The notes below the pieces were generated by a model. It made no database searches. It worked only from the letters and a program-made list of their open reading frames with translations, and was not told where the DNA came from. The translations under genes and the position numbers were made by a program. A stretch of 64,000 nucleotides of DNA. Origin: Myxococcota bacterium (GTDB taxonomy: Bacteria; Myxococcota_A; Polyangia; Nannocystales; Nannocystaceae). Location of the stretch: the NCBI GenBank assembly GCA_039028615.1, contig JBCCHT010000019.1, forward strand, positions 1 through 64,000, in the 5' to 3' direction. Below, one piece after another: positions 1-12,795 of the stretch; within the stretch, counting starts at the first letter, position 1; each line of letters starts with the position of its first letter.

Positions 1-1068
1 GGCCTGTACCGCACGGTGTACTCGGCCGAGTACGGCACCTTCGGCGGCAAGCCCTTCGGGCTGATGGTCTCCAACTACGACCTGGGCCCCGGGCCGCAGG
101 ACGTGCAGCTGCTGCAGAACTGCGCCTCGGTGGCCGCGATGTCGCACTGCCCGTTCATCGGCAACGCGTCGCCCGAGTTCTTCGGCGAGGAGGACTTCGG
201 TCCGCTGCCCAAGCTCAAGGATCTCCAGTCCTTGTTCGAGGGTCCGCAGTACGCCCGGTGGCACGCCTTCCGCGAGAGCGAAGACTCCCGCTACGTCGGG
301 CTGTGCATGCCGCGCTTCCTGCTGCGCCTGCCCTACGGCGAGAAGACCATCCCGGTCAAGTCGTTCAACTTCAACGAAGAGTGCATCGGCGATCACGACT
401 CGTACCTGTGGGGGCACGCCTCCATCGCGTTCGCGACTCGCGTGGCCGACTCCTTCGCCAAGTACCGCTGGTGCCCGAACATCATCGGCCCGCAGGCGGG
501 TGGTGCAGTCGAAGACCTGCCCCTCCACCAGTACCCGGCGATGGGCGAGATTCAGACCAAGATCCCCACGGAGATTCAGCTCACCGAGCGTCGTGAGTAC
601 GAGCTCTCCGAGCAGGGCTTCATCGGGCTGGTCTTCCGCAAGGACAGCAACAACGCGGCGTTCTTCTCGGCCAACTCCTGCCAGAAGGCCAAGATCTTCG
701 CCGACACCGACGAGGGCAAGGCCAACGAGCTCAACTACCGGCTCGGCACGCAGCTGCCCTACATGTTCGTGGTCACTCGCCTCTCGCATTACCTCAAGGT
801 CATGCAGCGCGAGCAGATCGGTACCTGGAAGGAGCGCGGCGACCTCGAGCGCGAGCTCAACACCTGGCTGAGCCAGTACATCGCGGCCATGGAGAACCCG
901 GCCCCCGCGGTGCGCTCCCGCAAGCCGCTTCGCGCCGCCAAGATCACGGTCGAGGACGTTCCGGGGCAGCCCGGCTGGTACCGGTCGACCATCAAGGTGC
1001 GACCGCACTTCAAGTACATGGGTGCGTCGTTCGAGCTGTCGCTCGTCGGCAAGCTCGACAAGTCCTGA
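1..1068 (+). CDS. tssC: Type VI secretion contractile sheath large subunit TssC/VipB (5' truncated by window edge)
   Basis: Open frame from base 1. Motifs EYGTFGGKPFG, AAMSHCPFI, RFLLRLPYG, YLKVMQREQIG, RPHFKYMG and SLVGKL are typical of VipB/EvpB. Confidence 0.96.
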   Translation, partial: GLYRTVYSAEYGTFGGKPFGLMVSNYDLGPGPQDVQLLQNCASVAAMSHCPFIGNASPEFFGEEDFGPLPKLKDLQSLFEGPQYARWHAFRESEDSRYVGLCMPRFLLRLPYGEKTIPVKSFNFNEECIGDHDSYLWGHASIAFATRVADSFAKYRWCPNIIGPQAGGAVEDLPLHQYPAMGEIQTKIPTEIQLTERREYELSEQGFIGLVFRKDSNNAAFFSANSCQKAKIFADTDEGKANELNYRLGTQLPYMFVVTRLSHYLKVMQREQIGTWKERGDLERELNTWLSQYIAAMENPAPAVRSRKPLRAAKITVEDVPGQPGWYRSTIKVRPHFKYMGASFELSLVGKLDKS

Positions 1069-1094
1069 TCTCGACCTCCCGGTCGGTTTCACTG

Positions 1095-1130
1095 GGGCCG
1101 TGGCTCGCGAACTCGCGGCCACGGCCCTTT
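1095..1130 (+). terminator. Stem-loop between tssC and tssA (terminator or mRNA-stabilising hairpin)
   Basis: gggccgtggc-t-cgcg-aact-cgcg-gccacggccc followed by ttt. Confidence 0.6.
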
Positions 1131-1152
1131 CGTCATTTCCTGAGCTCCATCC

Positions 1153-3591
1153 ATGACCACGCAGCAAGACGTCCAAGCCCGCGCCGAAGCGCTGCTCGCC
1201 CCCATCTCCGACGCTGCCCCCGGAGGCGAGAACGCCAACTACGACTCGGAACACGAGGCAATCCGGGCTGAAGTCGGCAAGCTCGACTCACCGACCGGGG
1301 GCGAGGTCGACTGGGAAGCGGTCGCCCGCGATGGCCAAACCCTGCTCAAGACCCGCAGCAAGGACCTGCTGATCGCGAGCTACGTCGCGTATGCGCTGCT
1401 CGAGACCGGCAAGCTCGGCGGGTTGGCCACGGGCCTCGCCGTGCTCGACGGGATGCTCGACAAGTACTGGGAGACGCTCTTCCCCCCGCTCAAGCGCAAG
1501 CGTGGTCGGGGCAACGCGCTGGGCTGGCTGGTGGGGCGGCTGGAGATCGCCCTGCCCGCGCTGCAGATCAGCGGAGGCGATCGTCCGCAGCTCGATCTGG
1601 TCATCGCCGGCTACAAGGCGCTGTCGGCCACGGCCCGCGACAAGCTCGAGGACCACGCCCCCGGCATGCGCAGCGTCACCGATGCGCTGACGCGCATGGA
1701 CATGAAGATCCCCAAGGCGGAGCCCAAGCCCGAGCCCGCCCCCGAACCGGAGCCCCCTCCCCCGGCTCCCGCTCCGGCGGCGCCCGAGGCCGCTGCGCCC
1801 GCGCCCGCCCCGGCCGAAGCCCCGCCCCCGGCTCCTGCTCCGGCGGCCGCTCCCGCAGCCGAGCCCGCTCCCGCGCCTGCGCCCGCCCCCGAGCCGGAGA
1901 AACCGGCCGAGCCCGAAAAGCAGGACCCGCTGGCGGCCGTCAAAGAATCGGCCAAGCCCTGGCTGGAGTCGCTGGGCGATCCACCGCACGGGGCCGATGC
2001 CCGCTACGAGCCCGAGTACGAGGCGATCCGCACCGAAGTCGCCAAGCTCGACTCACCCGCCGGAGACTCCGAGGTCCAGTGGGACAAGATTGGTCGCGAA
2101 GCCGGGGAGCTGCTCAAGACCAAGTCCAAAGACGTGCTGATGGCGAGCTACTTCACGTACGCCCAGCTGCACGAAAAGGGCGTCGCCGAGCTCAACATCG
2201 GCCTGTGCGTGCTCATCGGGATCTTCGCAGACTTCGAAAACCAGTGGCCCAAGCGCCCGCGTGGACGCGGCAATGCGCTGTCGTGGCTCACCGAGCAGCT
2301 CGAGCGGAAGCTCGGCGAGGTGAAGCCGCAGGCCAAGGATCGCGAAGACGTCGAGACGCTCGGCAAGATCCTCCGCGAGTTTGGCCTCACCGTCCGCGAC
2401 AAGCTCGAGGACCACGCGCCCAGCGTTCGGCCGGTCGAAGACCGGGTGAAGCGGATGCTGCTGGCGATTCCCAAGCCGGAAAAGCCCAAGCCCCCGCCAC
2501 CCCCGCCTCCGCCCAAGCCCGCGGCTCAACCCGCCCCGGCCCCGGCTCCGGCTCCCGCCCCGGCCCCCGCCGCGGCACCCGCTGCCCCGGCGACGGTCGC
2601 CCCCATGCCGGCCGCCGCGGCCGAGGTCGCCGACCCCAAGGAGGTCGAGAAGTACCTGCTGGATACCGGCCGATCCCTGATCAAGGCCGCCAAGCTCCTA
2701 CGGGGCGCCGAACCGAGCAACCCGACTGCCTACCGGTTGATGCGGCAAGGGCTGTGGCTCCACCTGCAAAAGCCCCCGCCCGCCGATCCGAACGGCAAGA
2801 CCAAGATCGCTCCCGTACCCGAGGCCCGCCGCAAGCGCTACGAGCTCATCGAGTCCAACTCCAACTGGCAGGTCCTGCTCAAGGAAGCAGAGTCGGCCAT
2901 CGGCCAGTTCCGCCTGTCCCTCGACCTCCAGCGCATGAGCGCCAACGCCCTCGGGCAGCTCGGCGATGACTATGACGCCGCGAAGCGGGCCGTCATCGGC
3001 GAAGTCGGAGCGCTGCTGCGACGCATGCCCGACCTACCCAACCTGACCGCTGCCGATGGCTCTCCCATGGCCAGCGACGACACCAAAGCCTGGATCGCCG
3101 AGGAGGTCCTCCCCGCGGCCGGCGGTGGCGGTGGAGGAGACGGCGGAGGCGGAGGCGGAGGCGGCAGTGGAGGCGGCAGTGGAGGAGGTGGAGGCAGCGG
3201 CCCCAGCGACGACCCCGGCGAGCCCTTCGGCCAGCTCGGCAAGATGATCAAGGGGGGCAAGGCGGCCGAAGCCATGAAGCTCGCCATGGAGGCAATCGAC
3301 GGCACCGGCTCCCCCCGAATGCGCTTCATCCGACGCCTGGCGCTCGCTCAGGGCTGCCTGGATGCCGGCCAGGGCAAGCTGGCTCGCTCCATGTTCGCGG
3401 CCCTCGACCGCGAAATGACCGACAACAACCTCGCCGAGTGGGAGCCAAAGCTGGCCAGTCGTTGCCTCCAAGGGCTCGTTCGCGCGAGCCGAGCGACTGG
3501 GCAAAAGGGCTCTCAGTATGCCGGCGCGGAAGCGGCCTTCGAGCGTCTGTGCATGGTCGATCCCGCCGCGGCAGCCAAGCTGGCGAAGTAG
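1153..3591 (+). CDS. tssA: Type VI secretion protein TssA with two tandem ImpA_N domains, Pro/Ala linkers and a VasJ-like domain
   Basis: The ImpA_N signature LLAPIS...EVDW...LLKTRSKDLLIASY occurs twice (second copy EVQW...LLKTKSKDVLMASY). A VasJ-like segment follows (AYRLMRQGLW...LDLQR...DGSPMASDDTKAWI). Adjacent to tssC. Confidence 0.88.
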   Translation: MTTQQDVQARAEALLAPISDAAPGGENANYDSEHEAIRAEVGKLDSPTGGEVDWEAVARDGQTLLKTRSKDLLIASYVAYALLETGKLGGLATGLAVLDGMLDKYWETLFPPLKRKRGRGNALGWLVGRLEIALPALQISGGDRPQLDLVIAGYKALSATARDKLEDHAPGMRSVTDALTRMDMKIPKAEPKPEPAPEPEPPPPAPAPAAPEAAAPAPAPAEAPPPAPAPAAAPAAEPAPAPAPAPEPEKPAEPEKQDPLAAVKESAKPWLESLGDPPHGADARYEPEYEAIRTEVAKLDSPAGDSEVQWDKIGREAGELLKTKSKDVLMASYFTYAQLHEKGVAELNIGLCVLIGIFADFENQWPKRPRGRGNALSWLTEQLERKLGEVKPQAKDREDVETLGKILREFGLTVRDKLEDHAPSVRPVEDRVKRMLLAIPKPEKPKPPPPPPPPKPAAQPAPAPAPAPAPAPAAAPAAPATVAPMPAAAAEVADPKEVEKYLLDTGRSLIKAAKLLRGAEPSNPTAYRLMRQGLWLHLQKPPPADPNGKTKIAPVPEARRKRYELIESNSNWQVLLKEAESAIGQFRLSLDLQRMSANALGQLGDDYDAAKRAVIGEVGALLRRMPDLPNLTAADGSPMASDDTKAWIAEEVLPAAGGGGGGDGGGGGGGGSGGGSGGGGGSGPSDDPGEPFGQLGKMIKGGKAAEAMKLAMEAIDGTGSPRMRFIRRLALAQGCLDAGQGKLARSMFAALDREMTDNNLAEWEPKLASRCLQGLVRASRATGQKGSQYAGAEAAFERLCMVDPAAAAKLAK

Positions 3592-3705
3592 ATTCGGCCG
3601 ATTTGCGGATCTCCCGCTCCCCCTGACGGGGGCGGGACTGCGAACTCCACGCACCTGCCAATGGGGGTTTGACGCCACCGCCCTGGTGCGGACACACTGC
3701 CGCTT

Positions 3706-4656
<951 letters not shown>

Positions 4657-4732
4657 TCCGCGGGGCCCCTCGCCCCTTCGCGACGACCTTCCGGGTCCAT
4701 GCACGCTGCGGCGTCATGGGCCCGGGCTCGTT

Positions 4733-7673
<2,941 letters not shown>

Positions 7674-7678
<5 letters not shown>

Positions 7679-7690
7679 CTAGCATGCCAA
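7674..7690 (-). promoter_or_regulatory. Putative sigma54 (-24/-12) promoter upstream of the kinase
   Basis: Minus strand TTGGCATGCTAGGTGCT fits GG-N10-GC (consensus YTGGCACGRNNNTTGCW). About 340 bp of non-coding DNA lies upstream. If real, the start codon would be the downstream ATG at 7591. Confidence 0.45.
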
Positions 7691-8028
7691 AGCCCTGCCC
7701 GAGGGTCGAGGCGCAGCGGCGCCCAATGTGCCGCGAAAGCCCTTGCAATGCGTGATTACGGGATTTCGTTTCATTCCGCGAAATCGCGCGACGACGATCG
7801 TGTCGGGCCCCCGAACCGCGTCCGTGTCCGCTCAGGCACGCATGACTGCACACCACGGCCCGAGCCGGGCCTGGCGCTTCGCTCTGCACGGCGGCGCCGT
7901 CTCCTCCAGCGCCCTGAAGACAATGCGAGTCAAAATGCCTCGCCGGGGCGATGCCGGGCGGTTTTTCTCGGTGGCGCGCGATTGCAACGAGGGTGAAACG
8001 TCGACCGTCGATCGAGTTCGTCGACGCG

Positions 8029-8646
8029 CTACTGTAGAAACCAAAACAGTTGGTTGTAGTAGTCGGGATCCCACGGCGGCACGAAGCTCCCCTCGACCTG
8101 GTGCGTCCAACCATCTTCACCCGCGGCGCATGGTTTCGATTCGCCTTGGTGTCGAAAGATCGTCGCGCCTCGACACGCGACCACGACCGCGTCCTTCACT
8201 TGCTCGTCGCGTCGGCTTCGAAGCCCGACGTTGAGTCGGGTCTCGCATCGCGGGAACTTCCAGCGGTTGGCATCGGTGCGTTCCTGCCCCACGAGCGAGA
8301 AGTCGGTGTCGCCTTCTTTGCCCACGCACACCTGAAGCCGACCGTCGTGACCGAAGAAGTAGAACTCGACCACGAGCAAAACCGGCAGCGCCCACCACAG
8401 CCGAGCGCCCCACCCCTTGGAGCCTCCCGAGGGGGCGCCGGTGTCGGATGATGTGGTGGAGCCTCCGTCATCACTCGACTCACGGGCAGAGATCGCTGCG
8501 TCGGATGTTTCGTCGGCATCGCCCGAAACCACGTCTTCACCGGGTGTGTCGGGGGTCCCCCGGGACGGCGAAGAGGTGTCGTCGGGGGCGCTGGATTGCG
8601 CGTCATCGCTGCCGCTGGGCATGGACTGATCCGCCTCGTCGCTCAT
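8029..8646 (-). CDS. Hypothetical membrane-anchored protein (acidic disordered N-terminus, one TM, Cys-containing C domain)
   Basis: AGGA SD before ATG 8646, TM LWWALPVLLVVEFYFF, four Cys in the C-terminal part. Confidence 0.65.
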   Translation of the reverse strand: MSDEADQSMPSGSDDAQSSAPDDTSSPSRGTPDTPGEDVVSGDADETSDAAISARESSDDGGSTTSSDTGAPSGGSKGWGARLWWALPVLLVVEFYFFGHDGRLQVCVGKEGDTDFSLVGQERTDANRWKFPRCETRLNVGLRSRRDEQVKDAVVVACRGATIFRHQGESKPCAAGEDGWTHQVEGSFVPPWDPDYYNQLFWFLQ

Positions 8647-8938
8647 CGTGTTCCTGCATAGCAGGCCGTTTTTCGCCGGACTAGGGCACGTACGACGAAC
8701 GAACTGAATCGAGAGTACCTGCGACCACATGGTCGGCGCTCGGAACTTTCTTTACCGTCGTACGTCCTACCAAGTGATCACCATGCATACAGGCAGCATG
8801 GGCCACCAACGTTTCTCAAATGTTCGAAGCTAGCGGCTACACGAGGCACCCTTCGTTGTGCCATAGTCGCCATGGGGAAACGACGTCTCGCCGAATGGCA
8901 GGACGCTGGATTGGAAGGGACAGGGGATACGGACAACG

Positions 8939-9613
8939 ATGACCGCCGCAGTTGAACAATCATGGATCGAGAGCTCTCTGGCCCGGCTGGAGGAGCTGGA
9001 AGCGCGTCGCGAGCAGATTGCCGCCACCGCGCAGCCCCAGGAGCTCGCGGAGCTCGACGAGGAGATCAAGGGTCTGTATGAGGCCCTCGAGTCCGTCGCC
9101 GGAGACGAAGAGGGCGAGGCCGCCAACGAAGCCGCCGCACCCGTCGCCGTCGCCCCCGCGCCCGTCTCCGAGCCGGTCCCGGCCGCCACTCCCGAGCCGA
9201 GCATGATGCCGGCCCCGGCCGCGAACTACGACGACGATCTCGACATCAAGCCGCCGAGCAGCAAGCTTCCGCTCATCCTCGGCGCAGTGCTTCTCATCGG
9301 TGGTGGCGTCGGCGCGTTCATGTTCCTCGGTGGCGACAGCAAGCCCGAGGCTCCGCCGCAAGCGGCCGGCCCGGCCAAGGTCATCAAGGCCAGCGCCGTC
9401 GTCGAAGACACCCAGGAGCCCGTCGTGGCCAAGGGTGGCGACGCCGATCGCACCGCGGGCACCAACTACAAGCAGAGTTCCCGTCCCGCCGCCTCCAACG
9501 GCGGTAGCAAGCGCCGCTCCAGCAGCAGCTCGAAGAAGCGGGGCAAGAAGAACGACGGCCGCAAGGTCTCGTTCGACGGCGACTCCAAGGATCCGCTGGC
9601 AGGCGTGGAATAA
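8939..9613 (+). CDS. Hypothetical bitopic membrane protein (N-terminal coiled coil, one TM, basic low-complexity tail)
   Basis: Strong host codon bias, TM LPLILGAVLLIGGGVGAFMFL, followed by a terminator. Confidence 0.75.
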   Translation: MTAAVEQSWIESSLARLEELEARREQIAATAQPQELAELDEEIKGLYEALESVAGDEEGEAANEAAAPVAVAPAPVSEPVPAATPEPSMMPAPAANYDDDLDIKPPSSKLPLILGAVLLIGGGVGAFMFLGGDSKPEAPPQAAGPAKVIKASAVVEDTQEPVVAKGGDADRTAGTNYKQSSRPAASNGGSKRRSSSSSKKRGKKNDGRKVSFDGDSKDPLAGVE

Positions 9614-9639
9614 GGACCCCACGTCCCTCGGACCCGATG

Positions 9640-9671
9640 CGGGGTGGCGACCGAAGTCGTCACCCCGTTTT
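9640..9671 (+). terminator. Rho-independent terminator
   Basis: cggggtggcgac-cgaa-gtcgtcaccccg then tttt. Confidence 0.8.
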
Positions 9672-9708
9672 CATTTTCGAAGCGTCGAGCGATACGGGGC
9701 AGCACGAC

Positions 9709-9744
9709 AAAAAGCGGGGTGAGGGCCAACGCCCTGCACCCCGC
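9709..9744 (-). terminator. Rho-independent terminator for the convergent protease gene
   Basis: aaaaa-gcggggtgagggc-caac-gccctgcaccccgc on plus, which reads as hairpin plus U5 on minus. Confidence 0.8.
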
Positions 9745-9767
9745 TCGTCTCGTCGAGTGCGTTCGGT

Positions 9768-11504
9768 TTACGGGGCCGACGGCGCCAGGTCTCCGATGAC
9801 CTGCAGCGACTCGCGGTCGATGAGGCCCTCGCGCCCCGGCATGTGCCAGGACAGGTCCTCGATCGCGGACAGCTCGGCGGGCAGCGGCACGATGACGTTG
9901 TAGTCCTCGCTGCGCTCCCACTTCACCATCTGCGCCGTGCTCTCGCTGATGAGTCCATGGCCCTCGTCGAAGAAGCGGATGGTGTGCTCCTCGGTCTCGA
10001 GGCTCTCGTCGAACCAGCCTTCGGTGACGTAGAACTCGGAGCGCCCGTCCTCGTAGACGGTGCCCACCAGCAGCGGCATCTTGGGCGGCGGCGGCCCGTC
10101 GAGCTCCCAGGAGCTGATCTCCTCGATCCACGGAGACACCAGGTGCCAGCCCCACTCGCTGACCCAGGTGCTGCCGCAGTAGGTCATGTAGTCGTGGGAG
10201 CTCGGCGGCAGGATGGTGATGGGGTTGCTCATCACGTCCACGCCCCAGTTCTCGGTGTCGCCGTTGGGGTGGTCGGGATACGACGGGTCGACGCCCGCTT
10301 CCCCGCCCGAACACGCGATGTGGGGCCGGCCTTGCTCGTGCCCGATCTCGTGCACGAAGGTCTCGGCCGTCGTGCTCACGTTGGCGTGGTAGACCCCCCA
10401 GCCCACGCGCTGCGCCGCTTGCCCCATGGTGGGGCCGCCGAGCTGCGCGATGCCGGAGAAGTCGGGGCCGCCGTTACAGGGCCGAATGACGCCGTAGTAG
10501 AAGTATCCCGGAGGCGCGCCTTCGTTGAAGCGCATCTGCTGGAGCGCGTTGAGCAGCGAGCCGCCGTTGGTGGCGCTGCCCGTGTAGTTCACCACGTCGT
10601 GGACGACGATCTCGACCTCGTCGATGGGGTTTTGGGCGAGCAGCCGCTCCCCGAAGTAGTCGGCGATCGTCCGCGGATCTCCGGTGACGGTGGTGCCGAA
10701 CTCCTCGTTGAGGTCGGGCGGCTCGGGGCAGTCCCCGCCGACGTTGTGATCGAAGGGCACCACGACCACCCGCATGGTCATGTAGCTGTTCTCGATCCCG
10801 ATCTCCATCGAGCCGCCTCCGACCGGGAAGATCGGTGAGCGGTCGGAGACGTCGTCCTCGTGGCCCGGTGCCGTCTCGAACAGCGAGACGCGGTACTGCG
10901 TACCCGGGCGTACGTCCTCGCCCTCGAGCCGGAACACGAACGAACCGGTGGGGCTGCCGTAGCGACAGTCGTATAGATAGTCGAAGCCAGCGCAGTCCGG
11001 CTCGGACGTGGTTATGAAGCTCTCGTAGGTCGCATTGGTGCCGTCGGTATGCTGAAGGAACAACACCGCGTAGATGCTGCGCGTCGCATAGCCGGGGTCC
11101 GTGTCGTAGAACGCCCGCAGCACCGCGGGGCGGTCCTGCAAGATGGCGGCGTTCCGCTCGCCCGGCCCGACCAGTGCACCGTTGCGCGCCACGGGAACCC
11201 GAACCCCCTGGTCGACGGTGACTTCCGTGATCTCGATGCCCGTCGCCGGTGGCGGCGGCTCTGGTTCTCCCGTGTCGGGATCGACATCGTCGTTGCCGGC
11301 GGTGTCGTCGACCGAATCGGTCGTCATCGCCGAACCGGCCGTCCCGCCGGGTAGCGAAGCGTCGCCCGTAGGCTGCGCCCCGTCATCCGTTTGAGCAGTC
11401 CCCCCCGTATCAGTTCCTCCCGCGCCGCTACCGGCGACCGCTGGGTCATCCGGTCCGCAAGCGACCGCGAGCATTACCCCCGAACACAACGCCAATCGTC
11501 TCAT
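9768..11504 (-). CDS. Zinc metalloprotease lipoprotein (M66-like metzincin)
   Basis: Lipobox LAVAC, zinc motif HEIGHEQGRPH, Met-turn DYMTYC. Confidence 0.82.
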   Translation of the reverse strand: MRRLALCSGVMLAVACGPDDPAVAGSGAGGTDTGGTAQTDDGAQPTGDASLPGGTAGSAMTTDSVDDTAGNDDVDPDTGEPEPPPPATGIEITEVTVDQGVRVPVARNGALVGPGERNAAILQDRPAVLRAFYDTDPGYATRSIYAVLFLQHTDGTNATYESFITTSEPDCAGFDYLYDCRYGSPTGSFVFRLEGEDVRPGTQYRVSLFETAPGHEDDVSDRSPIFPVGGGSMEIGIENSYMTMRVVVVPFDHNVGGDCPEPPDLNEEFGTTVTGDPRTIADYFGERLLAQNPIDEVEIVVHDVVNYTGSATNGGSLLNALQQMRFNEGAPPGYFYYGVIRPCNGGPDFSGIAQLGGPTMGQAAQRVGWGVYHANVSTTAETFVHEIGHEQGRPHIACSGGEAGVDPSYPDHPNGDTENWGVDVMSNPITILPPSSHDYMTYCGSTWVSEWGWHLVSPWIEEISSWELDGPPPPKMPLLVGTVYEDGRSEFYVTEGWFDESLETEEHTIRFFDEGHGLISESTAQMVKWERSEDYNVIVPLPAELSAIEDLSWHMPGREGLIDRESLQVIGDLAPSAP

Positions 11505-11610
11505 CGCTGGTCGAGCATACGCCGCGCTCCTACCGCAAACAACGCACAACAACAGGCTTGAGCGACTCGAACCGCTTTGAGGACCGCTTTTTACGTGCCT
11601 GCTGCTACCT

Positions 11611-12795
11611 CTAATGATGGAAGTGACGCGTAGCGTCGCGCGAGCGAGATCGACCGCGCAGGATCAGCAGGCCGGCGGCGACCAGGCCCCACCACGACCA
11701 CGCGCGGGGCGATGCGGGCATGCGACACGCGCACGACGCCTGCGGACCCTCGCCCGTGTCCATCTCTTCGACGAGCTCTTCGGCCACCACCGACACGTGC
11801 ACTTCGACTTCGGTGAAGTTGCGATCGTGGTCCATCGCTTCGAGTCGCAGGGTCAGCTCGCCCTCGGGCACGACCAAGGAGATGGCCGTCTGCGATGGAT
11901 CGACGGGCACGTGTTCCCACTGAAGCTCGGGGACCTCGAGCATCCACCCCGCTCCGCCGAAGTCGTCGGTGACCTCGACCTCCACCTCGAGCGTCTCGCC
12001 CGGCACCAGGGTCAGCCCGTCGGGAGGCCACACGAAGCGCGCCTGCGGAGCCACGGTGTCGGGCTCGCCGCTGCCGAACAACGCGAGCAGCTCGGCGTCC
12101 GCGTTCTGAGTGCCCGCCGGGCAGAACCCGACGTGGGTCGCACCGCAATCGCCTGCCTCGTCGACTCCGCTGTCGAGATCGAGCTGTTGGCAGCCGGGCG
12201 TGAACACAGGCGAAAGCACGGAGGGGAAGCGAGCCATGACCGACTCCGAGCCTCCCGTATGCTCGAGCCCCCACGCGTGCCCCGCTTCGTGCACGGCGAT
12301 GCGACCGACCTGCAGCGCGAGCTCTCGCTCCGCCTCCCCGTTGGGCACGGCGTGGCTGATCCACTTGTCGGCGAACACGAACACGGTGTCGACGTGCACC
12401 TCGTCGCCGCAATCGATGGTGCAGGCGAGTCCGTTGAGCCGGTCGTCCTCGAGCTTCAGCACCCCGGGGGAGCCACCGATCCGCACGTGGGTGAAGGGAA
12501 GCCACGGCGGCGGCGGCTCGCCCACGGCTCGCACGCCATAGGGCTCGAGGATGCGCCGGGCCTCTTCGACTGCGATGTCGGCCGCGTGCTCGCGCCCGAG
12601 GAAGATCGGATAGGTGAACGCCTCGCCTTCGACACATGAAGCCTCGCCCGCCTGCTGCCCGCCGCCCAGCAGCCCGCCACCGAAGTCGAGGAAGAGCGTG
12701 GCCCGGCGAGGAGCCTGACCGGCGACCGGCTCGGTCGAGGCGGCCTCGGGAGCGAAGAGCAGGGCGCTCGCGAGCGCGGTCGCGGGCAAGATCAC
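11611..12795 (-). CDS. Matrixin-like metalloprotease with Ig-like domain and MYXO-CTERM-like sorting signal
   Basis: HEAGHAWGLEH...SVM. C-terminus SCACR...WWGLVAAGLLILRGRSR. GTG at 12795 overlaps the upstream TGA (GTGA). Confidence 0.8.
   Translation of the reverse strand: MILPATALASALLFAPEAASTEPVAGQAPRRATLFLDFGGGLLGGGQQAGEASCVEGEAFTYPIFLGREHAADIAVEEARRILEPYGVRAVGEPPPPWLPFTHVRIGGSPGVLKLEDDRLNGLACTIDCGDEVHVDTVFVFADKWISHAVPNGEAERELALQVGRIAVHEAGHAWGLEHTGGSESVMARFPSVLSPVFTPGCQQLDLDSGVDEAGDCGATHVGFCPAGTQNADAELLALFGSGEPDTVAPQARFVWPPDGLTLVPGETLEVEVEVTDDFGGAGWMLEVPELQWEHVPVDPSQTAISLVVPEGELTLRLEAMDHDRNFTEVEVHVSVVAEELVEEMDTGEGPQASCACRMPASPRAWSWWGLVAAGLLILRGRSRSRDATRHFHH

Noticed and set aside
1710..1925. 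Pro/Ala-coding quasi-repeats in tssA (also 2475-2610) and the Gly run at 3121-3201
   Set aside because: Low-complexity protein linkers with degenerate codons, not CRISPR or mobile repeats.
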